Origin: Kiloniellaceae bacterium
Lineage (GTDB): Bacteria > Pseudomonadota > Alphaproteobacteria > Kiloniellales > J153
Reading direction: 5' to 3'
DNA length: 64,000 bases
NCBI GenBank assembly: GCA_021776135.1
Contig: JAJFGL010000016.1
Span: 30,922-94,921 of the forward strand
Both the position numbers and the translations under genes were made by a program. Shown here piece by piece: positions 10,101 through 18,383 of the stretch. The notes below the pieces were generated by a model. The model was not told the origin of the DNA and did not search any database. It saw nothing but the letters and a program-made list of their open reading frames with translations. Numbering within the stretch: the stretch's first letter is position 1; every line of letters begins with the position of its first letter.

Positions 10101-10895
10101 ATGCCAGCTTCAGCGCGATCCCCGCATCCCGACACCTACCCGCGCGCCGCCCTGATCACGGGCGCGGCCCGGCGTCTTGGGCGGGCCATGGCCCTGGACC
10201 TGGCGCGGGACGGCTGGGCGGTCGCCATTCATTGCCATGACTCACACGCGCAAGCCGAGGAAACCGCCAAGGAAATCGAGGCCGGCGGCGGTCGGGCCAC
10301 GGTCCTGCAAGCCGATCTGGCGCAAGAGGCGGAGACCGCCAAGCTGATCGGGCGCGCCGTCGAGGCCCTGGGCCCGCTCGGCTGTCTGGTCAACAACGCC
10401 GCCGCCTTCGAACTGGACACCCTGGATAGCGTGACCCGGGAAAGCTGGGACCGTCATCTGGAGCCCAACCTGCGCGCGCCGCTGGTCCTGGCACAAGACT
10501 TCGCCAAGGCATTAGGGCCGGACCAGGGCGGCGCGATCGTCAACATGCTCGACCAAAGAGTGTGGAACCCGACCCCCTATTTCTTGAGCTATAGCGTCGC
10601 CAAGTCGGCCCTCTGGACCCTGACCCGTACCCTGGCCCTGGCCCTGGCGCCGCGCATCCGCGTGAACGGCATCGGTCCCGGCCCGGCCTTGCCGAGCGCC
10701 CGCCAAAGCGAGGCCCAGTTCGCCCGCCAATGCGCCCTGACACCCCTGGGCCGCGGCACCTCGCCGGCGGAAATATGCGCGGCGCTGCGCTTTATTCTGG
10801 CGTCGAAATCCATGACCGGCCAGATGATCGCCCTGGACGGCGGCCAGCACCTGGGATGGGCGCAACCGGGTCAAGCCGATGCGGCGCCCGAGTAG
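10101..10895 (+). CDS. Short-chain dehydrogenase/reductase (pteridine-reductase-like)
   Basis: ORF 10044.. trimmed to ATG 10101, just after the antiporter stop. Has TGAARRLG, NNAA and the YSVAKSAL catalytic motif. Confidence 0.8.
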   Translation: MPASARSPHPDTYPRAALITGAARRLGRAMALDLARDGWAVAIHCHDSHAQAEETAKEIEAGGGRATVLQADLAQEAETAKLIGRAVEALGPLGCLVNNAAAFELDTLDSVTRESWDRHLEPNLRAPLVLAQDFAKALGPDQGGAIVNMLDQRVWNPTPYFLSYSVAKSALWTLTRTLALALAPRIRVNGIGPGPALPSARQSEAQFARQCALTPLGRGTSPAEICAALRFILASKSMTGQMIALDGGQHLGWAQPGQADAAPE

Positions 10896-11231
10896 AATTT
10901 TCCCGCATGGTGAGTTCATATCTTCAAGCCGGGTGCTAAGGCCTTGCGGAATCGAACAAACCGGTTACCCGAGCCGGCAGTTTTACACAAGACGGCCGCG
11001 GGCCGGGCTAAGCTGGTCTTGCCGGCCGGCGAAACCAAGTCATGGCCGGCTCTTAAGTCCATTTCTTGTTTTAATTCAGCAATATCAATTAGTTATATAT
11101 TCACTATTACTACATTAGTAAAATAGCATAAACCGAGGTGCGACACGGGTGACGCAGGCGGAACCAAACCCACTCCACAGACTTATCCACATGGATCGTG
11201 GATCCCCGCGCGGCGCGGCGGGCGGCTGGCC

Positions 11232-13214
11232 ATGACGGCGGGCCGCGACCAGCACGGCAAGGACCGCTCCGAAGGCGGCAAGCGCTCCGCCATGACACGG
11301 GACAGCGATCCAGGCGATGGACCGGCGGCCGAGACGGTGCATCCGGCGCCGGTGCATGGCGAAATGGCGCGCGGCACCGCCGTCATCGCTACCGCCCTGA
11401 AGACCTTGCCGGGCAGCCCCGGCGTGTACCGCATGTTGGACCGGCGGGGCGACGCCTTGTACGTCGGCAAGGCGAAGAACCTGAAAAAACGGGTGTCGTC
11501 CTATTGTCAGGGCGACAGGTTGCCGCACCGCCTGCAACGCATGGTGGCGTCGACCGTATCCCTGGAGGTCGTCACCACCCATACCGAGACTGAGGCCCTG
11601 CTGCTCGAAAGCAACATGATCAAGCGCTTGAAGCCGCGCTACAACGTGCTTCTGCGCGACGACAAATCCTTTCCCTACATCCTGATCGCCGACGACCATG
11701 AGTTTCCGCAGATCGTGAAACACCGCGGCGCCCGCGGCCGCGCCGGCGCCTATTTCGGCCCCTTCGCCTCGGCCGGGGCGGTCAACCGCACGGTCACGGC
11801 GCTGGAAAAAGGGTTCCTTCTGCGCTCCTGCAACGACGGGGTGTTTTCGATCCGCACCCGGCCGTGCTTGATGTACCAGATCAAGCGCTGCTCGGCGCCC
11901 TGCGTCGGGCGCATCGCCGCTGGCGACTACGCCGAGCTAGTCCGCCAGGCGCGCGACTTTCTGACCGGGCGTTCCCACGGGCTGCAAGAGCAACTCGCCG
12001 GCGCCATGCAGGCGGCCTCGGACCAGCGGGATTACGAGGTCGCGGCGGTTTACCGCGACCGCATCCAGGCCCTGACCCAGGTTCAATCGCGCCAGGACAT
12101 CAACCTCGAAGGCCTGGACGACGCCGATGTGGTTGCCGCCCACCAGCAGGCGGGGGAAACCTCGGTCCAGGTGTTTTTCTTCCGCGCCGGTCGCAACTAC
12201 GGCAACCGGGCTTACTTCCCCCGCCATGACAAAACCCTGTCGCCCGAAGAGGTGCTGAGCGCTTTCGTGCCCCAGTTCTACGAAAACAAGCCGGTGCCCA
12301 AGATCATTCTCCTAAGCCACGCCCTGAACGACCAAAGCCTGATCGCGGAGGCACTGTCGAGCCGCGCCGGGCGGCGCATAAAATTCCTCAAGCCCGCGCG
12401 CGGGGCCAAGCGCAAACTGGTCGAGCATGCTCTCAACAATGCCCGCGACGCCCTGGCCCGGCGCCTCGCCGAAAGCTCGGCCCAGCGCGCGCTCATGGAG
12501 GGCTTGGCCGACCGCCTGGGCCTGGACGGCCCGCCCGCGCGGATCGAGGTTTACGACAACAGTCATATCTCCGGCAGCGACCCCTACGGCGCCATGATCG
12601 TCGCCGGGTCCGAGGGTTTCGTGAAAAACGCCTATCGCAAATACCGGATCAAACACGCGATCAAGCCCGAGGGCGGCGACGATACCGCCATGATGCGCGA
12701 GGTTCTGACCCGGCGTTTCTCCCGCGCCCTGAAGGAAGATCCCGAGCGCGAGAGCGGGCAATGGCCGGACCTCCTGCTGATCGACGGCGGCAAGGGGCAA
12801 CTGTCGGCGGTACGCGCGGCCTTGGCCGATCTTGGCTTGAGCGACATACCGGCCGCCGGCATCGCCAAGGGCCCCGAGCGCGACGCTGGACGCGAGCAAA
12901 TCTTCCTAGCCGGTCGCGGGCGGCCGCTCTTGCTTGAACCGCGCGACCCGGTGCTCTACTTCTTGCAGCGTCTGCGCGACGAGGCCCATCGCTTTGTCAT
13001 CGGCAGCCACCGGATGGGGCGCACCAAGACACGCCTGCGATCGGTCCTCGACGGCGTGCCCGGCATCGGAGCCAAGCGTAAGAAGGCCTTGCTGCATCGT
13101 TTCGGTTCGGCCCAGGCCGTGGCGCGCGCCGGTTTGGCCGATCTCGAATCGGTCGAAGGCATTAATAAAGTGGTCGCGAAAAAGGTTTACGATTATTTTC
13201 ATAGCGACGGATGA
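11232..13214 (+). CDS. uvrC: Excinuclease ABC subunit C
   Basis: GIY-YIG (PGVYRM...LYVGKAKNLKKRV), a UVR domain, and a C-terminal HhH2. The start is ambiguous among in-frame ATGs at 11232, 11292 and 11364. Confidence 0.9.
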   Translation: MTAGRDQHGKDRSEGGKRSAMTRDSDPGDGPAAETVHPAPVHGEMARGTAVIATALKTLPGSPGVYRMLDRRGDALYVGKAKNLKKRVSSYCQGDRLPHRLQRMVASTVSLEVVTTHTETEALLLESNMIKRLKPRYNVLLRDDKSFPYILIADDHEFPQIVKHRGARGRAGAYFGPFASAGAVNRTVTALEKGFLLRSCNDGVFSIRTRPCLMYQIKRCSAPCVGRIAAGDYAELVRQARDFLTGRSHGLQEQLAGAMQAASDQRDYEVAAVYRDRIQALTQVQSRQDINLEGLDDADVVAAHQQAGETSVQVFFFRAGRNYGNRAYFPRHDKTLSPEEVLSAFVPQFYENKPVPKIILLSHALNDQSLIAEALSSRAGRRIKFLKPARGAKRKLVEHALNNARDALARRLAESSAQRALMEGLADRLGLDGPPARIEVYDNSHISGSDPYGAMIVAGSEGFVKNAYRKYRIKHAIKPEGGDDTAMMREVLTRRFSRALKEDPERESGQWPDLLLIDGGKGQLSAVRAALADLGLSDIPAAGIAKGPERDAGREQIFLAGRGRPLLLEPRDPVLYFLQRLRDEAHRFVIGSHRMGRTKTRLRSVLDGVPGIGAKRKKALLHRFGSAQAVARAGLADLESVEGINKVVAKKVYDYFHSDG

Positions 13215-13222
13215 CCGGATAG

Positions 13223-13777
13223 ATGCTCACCAACTTGCCCAACCTCTTGACCTTGTCGCGGATCGCGGCGATCCCGGTGCTGCTGGGCCTTTTGTATTTT
13301 CACGACCCGGTCAACCGCTGGATCGGCCTCGGTCTTTTCGTCTTGGCGGCCGTCACCGATTTTTTCGACGGTTATCTGGCACGGCACCGCAATCAGGTTT
13401 CGGCGCTCGGCCGGTTTCTCGATCCGATCGCGGATAAGCTGCTGGTGGCCTGCTTAATCGTGATGCTGGTGGCGATCGGCGATGTGCGCGGTCTGGCCCT
13501 GTTTCCGGCGATCGTGATCCTGGCCCGCGAAATCCTGGTCTCCGGCCTGCGCGAGTTCCTGGCCGAAATCAAGGAACCCCTGCCGGTCAGCAAACTGGCC
13601 AAGTGGAAAACCGCAATCCAGATGGTCGCCCTGGGATTTTTGATTGTCGGCACCGAGGCGGGGCCTCCCTTCCTGCCCATGGAACTGCTCGGCGATGCCG
13701 GCATTTGGATCGCCGCCATCCTGACCCTGGTCACCGGCTACGATTACCTGGCGCGCGGCCTCAAGCACATGAGCTAG
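13223..13777 (+). CDS. pgsA: CDP-diacylglycerol--glycerol-3-phosphate 3-phosphatidyltransferase
   Basis: CDP-alcohol phosphotransferase motif DFFDGYLAR...G..LDPIADK; N-terminus NLPNLLTLSRI. Confidence 0.9.
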   Translation: MLTNLPNLLTLSRIAAIPVLLGLLYFHDPVNRWIGLGLFVLAAVTDFFDGYLARHRNQVSALGRFLDPIADKLLVACLIVMLVAIGDVRGLALFPAIVILAREILVSGLREFLAEIKEPLPVSKLAKWKTAIQMVALGFLIVGTEAGPPFLPMELLGDAGIWIAAILTLVTGYDYLARGLKHMS

Positions 13778-13781
13778 AGCG

Positions 13782-14297
13782 GTGAACACGGCACCGAAAA
13801 TTTTCGGCCTGGCCGGGTGGAGCGGCAGCGGCAAGACGACTCTGATGCGCGTCCTGATCCCGGCGCTGGTGGGGCGCGGTTTGCGGGTTTCAACCCTGAA
13901 GCACGCGCACCACAACTTCGATATCGACAAGCCGGGCAAGGATTCCTACGAACACCGCCAGGCCGGCGCCACTCAGGTCATGGTCGCCTCCGCCCATCGC
14001 TGGGCCCTGATGCACGAACTGCGTGATGAGCCGGAACCGGACAGCGCCGGCTTGATCGCCCACATGGCGCCGGTCGATCTGCTGCTCATCGAAGGCTTCA
14101 AGACCGAGACCCACGACAAGCTGGAAATCCATCGCCCCGCCCTGGGCAAGCCGGCGCTGTATCCCGGCGACCCCCATATCGTGGCGGTTGCCAGCGACGG
14201 CGAGATCGCGGACCTGCGCCTCCCCCGCCTGGACCTCAACGACGCCGAAGCCATCGCCGATTTCGTCATGGCCCATTGCGGGCTGGCGGGGCCATAG
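13782..14297 (+). CDS. mobB: Molybdopterin-guanine dinucleotide biosynthesis adapter MobB
   Basis: GTG start, P-loop GWSGSGKTTL, then LKHAHH and LIEGFK. Confidence 0.85.
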   Translation: MNTAPKIFGLAGWSGSGKTTLMRVLIPALVGRGLRVSTLKHAHHNFDIDKPGKDSYEHRQAGATQVMVASAHRWALMHELRDEPEPDSAGLIAHMAPVDLLLIEGFKTETHDKLEIHRPALGKPALYPGDPHIVAVASDGEIADLRLPRLDLNDAEAIADFVMAHCGLAGP

Positions 14298-14356
14298 GGA
14301 ACTTGCCGAAAGGCGCGTGAGGCCTATCATATTAGCCTCATGACAAAGAGTTACAT

Positions 14357-15613
14357 ATGGCGCAGCTAAGCGACGATTGTTTCGCCCAGGAAGGGCGTCT
14401 GATGCGGGTCGCGGAGGCGCGGGCGCTGCTTGAGGAGGTCGTTTCCCAGGTCAGCGAGGCGGAACCGCTGGCCCTGCATCTGGCCCTGGGCCGCATCCTG
14501 TTGGAGGATGTGGTGGCCCGGATCGACGTACCGCCCCACGATAATTCCGCCGTCGACGGCTACGCGGTTTTCTTCGACGATCTCGACCCCAAGGCCGAGA
14601 CGCTTCTGCCGGTGAGCGCGCGGATCGCGGCCGGCCATCCCCTGGACCGCCCGGCGCGGCGCGGCGAAGCGGCCCGCATCTTCACCGGTGCCCCCATGCC
14701 CGAGGGCCCCGATACGGTCATGATGCAGGAAGATTGCCGCCTGGAGGGGGAGCGCGTCGTCATCGCCCCCGGCATCCAAAAGGGCGCCAACCGGCGCGCG
14801 CGCGGCGAGGACTTCGCCGCCGGGGATATCGTCCTGCGCCGGGGCATTCGCCTGCGCCCGCAAGACTTGGGTCAAGCCGCCGCCACTGGCCGGCGCGAAG
14901 TCCTGGTGGCGAAGCCGCTGCGCGCCGCCTTGTTTTCGACCGGCGACGAGTTATGCGAGCCGGGCGAAGAACTAGGCCCCGGCAAGATTTACGATTCCAA
15001 CCGCACCGCCATCCATGCCTTGCTCACCGGGCTGGGCTGCGCCGTGAGCGATCTGGGCATTCTGGCCGACGAGCCGGACAGTCTGCGCGCGGCCCTGGCC
15101 GGGGCGGCGCGCGGCCACGATCTCATCGTCACCTCAGGCGGGGTTTCCGTGGGCGACGAGGATCATGTGAAACAAGCGGTCGAGGCGCTCGGCAAGCTGC
15201 ACCTCTGGCGCCTGGCCATCAAGCCGGGCCGGCCCCTGGCCCTGGGCCAGATCGGGGCCGTGCCCTTCGTCGGCCTGCCGGGCAATCCGGTCGCGGTCAT
15301 GGTCACCTTCCTGACCCTGGTGCGGCCCATGATCCTGCGCCTCATGGGCGCCGAGGCGCCGGAGCCGCGCCGCTTTCAAGTGCGCGCCGATTTCACCCAC
15401 AAGAAGAAAAAAGACCGGCGCGAATGGCTGCGCGTCCGCCTGACCGGCAGCGGAACGGGGGACTTGCGGGCGGTCAAGTTCCCACGCCAGGGGGCCGGCA
15501 TTCTTTCGTCCCTGGTCGAAACCGACGGCCTGGTCGAACTGCCGGAGGATTTGACCCGGCTGGAGCCCGGCACCATGGTGGACTTCCTGCCCTTCAGCGA
15601 GGTCTGCCCGTGA
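14357..15613 (+). CDS. moeA: Molybdopterin molybdenumtransferase
   Basis: MoeA pattern: SAVDGYA, MPEG.D, DSNR, TSGGVSVGD.D, KPG.P. Confidence 0.9.
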   Translation: MAQLSDDCFAQEGRLMRVAEARALLEEVVSQVSEAEPLALHLALGRILLEDVVARIDVPPHDNSAVDGYAVFFDDLDPKAETLLPVSARIAAGHPLDRPARRGEAARIFTGAPMPEGPDTVMMQEDCRLEGERVVIAPGIQKGANRRARGEDFAAGDIVLRRGIRLRPQDLGQAAATGRREVLVAKPLRAALFSTGDELCEPGEELGPGKIYDSNRTAIHALLTGLGCAVSDLGILADEPDSLRAALAGAARGHDLIVTSGGVSVGDEDHVKQAVEALGKLHLWRLAIKPGRPLALGQIGAVPFVGLPGNPVAVMVTFLTLVRPMILRLMGAEAPEPRRFQVRADFTHKKKKDRREWLRVRLTGSGTGDLRAVKFPRQGAGILSSLVETDGLVELPEDLTRLEPGTMVDFLPFSEVCP

Positions 15614-15861
15614 AGCTGCTCTATTTCGCCTGGCTCAAATCCAAGACCGGCGTGGCCGAGGAAGACGTGACCCCGCCGCCCGAGGTGACCACGGTGGCGG
15701 AACTTCTGATCTGGCTGCGCGGACGCGGCCCCGGCCACGCCGAAGCCCTGGCCGACCTGGACGCCATCAAGGTCGCGGTCAACCAGGAATACGCCCAAGC
15801 CGGCGACCCGGTACGCCCCAGCGACGAGGTCGCCTTGTTCCCGCCGGTCACCGGGGGCTAA
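15610..15861 (+). CDS. moaD: Molybdopterin synthase sulfur-carrier subunit
   Basis: GTG 15610 overlaps the moeA stop (GTGA). 83 aa ending PPVTGG. This is the last part of the spurious long ORF 14734..15861. Confidence 0.85.
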   Translation: MKLLYFAWLKSKTGVAEEDVTPPPEVTTVAELLIWLRGRGPGHAEALADLDAIKVAVNQEYAQAGDPVRPSDEVALFPPVTGG

Positions 15862-15883
15862 GGCCGTGACGCGCGGCACCGGC

Positions 15884-15994
15884 GCCCCCCCCACCCTAAC
15901 CCTCCCCCTCGGGGGGGGAGGGAACAAGGAAGCGCTCACTCCAACTTCCCCCTCCCCCCTCGAGGGGGAGGGGCGGGGTGGGGGGGCCTTTTTG
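15884..15994. repeat. GC-rich nested palindromic extragenic element between moaD and moaE
   Basis: Hairpin CCCTCCCCC/GGGGGAGGG (15900-15908 with 15914-15922). A second hairpin is centred on CTCGAG (about 15949-15973). The outer poly-C arm (15884-15908) is complementary to the poly-G arm (15965-15987). Followed by CCTTTTT. Confidence 0.8.
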
Positions 15995-16017
15995 CCAATA
16001 CACCGGAATCCGCGTCC

Positions 16018-16488
16018 ATGATCCGGGTGCAAGAGGCGGACTTCGACCTCGGCGCGGAGCTGGCCAAGCTGACCGCCGGTAACAACAAGATCGGCGGCCT
16101 CGCGGTTTTCGTCGGCCTGGTCCGCGATAGGGCCGGGGACAAGGCCATCGGCGCCATGACCCTGGAACACTATCCCGGCATGACCGAAAAGATGCTGGCG
16201 CGCATCGAGGCCGAAGCGAACCAGCGCTGGCCCCTCGACGCCAGCCTCATTATCCACCGCGTCGGCCGCCTGGAACCGGGCGAACAAATCGTCCTGGTCG
16301 CCGCCGCCAGCGCCCACCGCCAAGCCGCCTTCGACGCCTGCCAGTTCCTGATCGACTGGCTCAAGACCAAGGCCCCGTTCTGGAAACTGGAAGAAACCGG
16401 AGCGGGCGCCAAGTGGGTGGATGCCCGCGACAGCGATACGCAAGCTACCGAGCGCTGGCGCGCACCCAAGAAGGACATGGCGGAGTAG
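16018..16488 (+). CDS. moaE: Molybdopterin synthase catalytic subunit
   Basis: MIRVQEADFD...GGLAVFVGLVRD...LEHYPGMTEK...FWK.E is the typical MoaE pattern. Confidence 0.9.
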   Translation: MIRVQEADFDLGAELAKLTAGNNKIGGLAVFVGLVRDRAGDKAIGAMTLEHYPGMTEKMLARIEAEANQRWPLDASLIIHRVGRLEPGEQIVLVAAASAHRQAAFDACQFLIDWLKTKAPFWKLEETGAGAKWVDARDSDTQATERWRAPKKDMAE

Positions 16489-16578
16489 CGGGCCGGGCCT
16501 GCATCCATTAGGTGTGAGAATTTGCCCGGGTAATCGCCGTCCGTTACGCTTGCCGCCGGTTACTTGGAGCTTGCCTGG

Positions 16579-17817
16579 ATGGACCCGCTGACAATCACGG
16601 CCATCGTGACCGCCCTGAGCAGTGGCGCCGCCGTTTCGCTCGGCGGCGCGTTGAGCGAGGCCGGCAAGGATGCTTACAATGCGCTGAAGACGGGCGTGCG
16701 AAAGTTCGTCGCGCCGGGCGATCTCGAAAAGCTGGAACGAGACCCTGAGTCGAAGCAGCTTCAAGCTCTCCTGACCACACAGCTATCCGCCAGTGATCCG
16801 AACGCGATTGCGGAACTAACGCCCTTGGCCCACCGACTGAGTAATGAGATCAAGGTTGAGGGCGATGCCGCTATCGTCCAAGCGACGAAAGTTGAAGGCG
16901 GAGTCCATCAAGGCGATGTGCATCATCAATACGCGCTTCCACCAAATTTGCCGGACCTGGTGCGGGCACTTGGCGAGACCAATCTCAAGGCATTCCAAGC
17001 AGGCCAAGGTAATCAATCTCTGCACAATCAACTGAGCGGACTGTCCGGCAAACTCGAACTGACCGAATCCGCCGTCGCCAACATGCTGCGAATTTTGGGC
17101 GAGCAGGCAGTGCCGCCGGAGCAATTGGATGCCAAGCTGGGCGAAATCGCGGAGCGGCATAAGGAACTGACCCAGCGTCTGCGCGCCCTGTCGAACGACG
17201 ATCCGGGAGTGGTGGCGCTGCGAAATAAGGCGGCGGAGAGTCTCGAAACCGGCGACTACGACCGGGCCGACGACTTCTTGAGCCAGGCCGAAGCGCTGGA
17301 CGAACGGGCCATCGCCGAACAGCAAGATAGCCTGGACCGGCGCAAACTCAGCGCCGCCCAGACATTGGCCGAACGTGGCGAACTGGAACGGGCGCGCCTG
17401 AATTATCTCAAGGCGGCCGAACACTTCGCCGCCGCCGCCGCGCGGGTGCCGGACACGGAGGAAGAGGCCCGCTGGCGGCACCTTTTGGCCCAGGCCTCGG
17501 TCCTCTACGATCACGGCCGGGAATTCGGGGAGAACCCATCCTTGGCGCGGGCGATCACCGCTTACAAACCCGCCCTGAACCTACGTCCCCGCGACCGCGT
17601 CCCCCTCGCCTGGGCCACGACCCAGAACAACCTGGGCAACGCGCTTGCAACCCTCGGCCAGCGGGAAAGTGGCACCGCACGCCTGGAGGAGGCCGCAGCT
17701 GCCTTCCGCGCCGCCCTGGAGGTTTTTGAGCTTGCCGGGGCCGAGCACTACATCGACATGGTGAAGGAAAACCTGGAAAGGGCCGAGACGCTGCTGCGTG
17801 AGCGGCGGGGCGGTTAA
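16579..17817 (+). CDS. TPR-repeat protein with a small Ala/Gly-rich helical N-terminal module and a coiled-coil middle; function unknown
   Basis: ATG 16579 lies 9 nt after GGAG. The C-terminus carries TPR-like repeats (VPLAWATTQNNLGNALATLGQRESGTARLEEAAAAFRAALEV). Many A/T-ending codons (caa, aat, gat, cat), unlike neighbouring genes. Confidence 0.7.
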   Translation: MDPLTITAIVTALSSGAAVSLGGALSEAGKDAYNALKTGVRKFVAPGDLEKLERDPESKQLQALLTTQLSASDPNAIAELTPLAHRLSNEIKVEGDAAIVQATKVEGGVHQGDVHHQYALPPNLPDLVRALGETNLKAFQAGQGNQSLHNQLSGLSGKLELTESAVANMLRILGEQAVPPEQLDAKLGEIAERHKELTQRLRALSNDDPGVVALRNKAAESLETGDYDRADDFLSQAEALDERAIAEQQDSLDRRKLSAAQTLAERGELERARLNYLKAAEHFAAAAARVPDTEEEARWRHLLAQASVLYDHGREFGENPSLARAITAYKPALNLRPRDRVPLAWATTQNNLGNALATLGQRESGTARLEEAAAAFRAALEVFELAGAEHYIDMVKENLERAETLLRERRGG

Positions 17818-17843
17818 CGCGGCACGCTCCGAATGCTCCCCCG

Positions 17844-18383
17844 CTACAGCGACGCCGCCGCGCGGGCGGCTTGATCGTAGAGGCCCGATAGGGCGCGTAG
17901 GAGTTGGGCGGCTTCGCCCAGCTCCGCGTCCTGGGCTTGCGTGCTTTCGCTGCCGCGCAGGCCGGCGAAGGCGCCGAAGGCGGCGACCAGGCAATCCTCG
18001 CGCACGGCGCGGTATTTGGCGCAGGCGTCCTGCCCGGCCTTGGTGGTCTTATAGAACATTTCCTTACCCTGGCGATTGCCCGCGACCAATCCCAGGCGGG
18101 TCAGCTTGCGTAAGGCGTAGGTGACCGTATGGGTGTCTTCGACATTCAGGACGAAGCATAAATCCGCCAGCTTCTTTTTCCGCGCCCGGTGATTGACCGA
18201 GTGCAGGACCAGAACATCCAGGGCGCCCAGATCGGGCATGCCGGCGGCGGCCATGGCGCGCACGATCCAGCGGTTGAAGGCATTGGCGGCGACGATCAGG
18301 CCATATTCGAACTCGCTGAGCGCCCCGGCGGAATCCGATACCAGGTGGGCGGAGGAAACGATGGCCCGGCGTTTCGCGCTCAT
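17844..18383 (-). CDS. Winged-helix (MarR-like) DNA-binding protein
   Basis: wHTH core [29 protein letters not shown]. Its start overlaps the stop of the upstream oxoprolinase gene (ATGA on the minus strand). Confidence 0.65.
   Translation of the reverse strand: MSAKRRAIVSSAHLVSDSAGALSEFEYGLIVAANAFNRWIVRAMAAAGMPDLGALDVLVLHSVNHRARKKKLADLCFVLNVEDTHTVTYALRKLTRLGLVAGNRQGKEMFYKTTKAGQDACAKYRAVREDCLVAAFGAFAGLRGSESTQAQDAELGEAAQLLRALSGLYDQAARAAASL

Noticed and set aside
10948-10975. tRNA T-arm-like sequence (minus-strand reading GTTCGATTCC) in the SDR/uvrC intergenic region, possibly a tRNA remnant or att site
   Set aside because: The flanking bases cannot form a T-stem or acceptor stem, and no integrase or direct repeat partner is present. 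A similar GTTCGATCC at 44697-44705 fails the same test.
14734-15861. 375-aa plus-strand ORF overlapping moeA in another frame
   Set aside because: Only its last 84 codons (from GTG 15610) are real; these are moaD. The upstream part is an Arg/Pro/Gly-rich out-of-frame read of moeA.
15376-16764. 462-aa minus-strand ORF spanning moeA 3' end, moaD, the GC-rich element and moaE
   Set aside because: It overlaps three well-supported plus-strand genes and reads through the palindromic repeat (PSPSRGEGE...), so it is an artefact.
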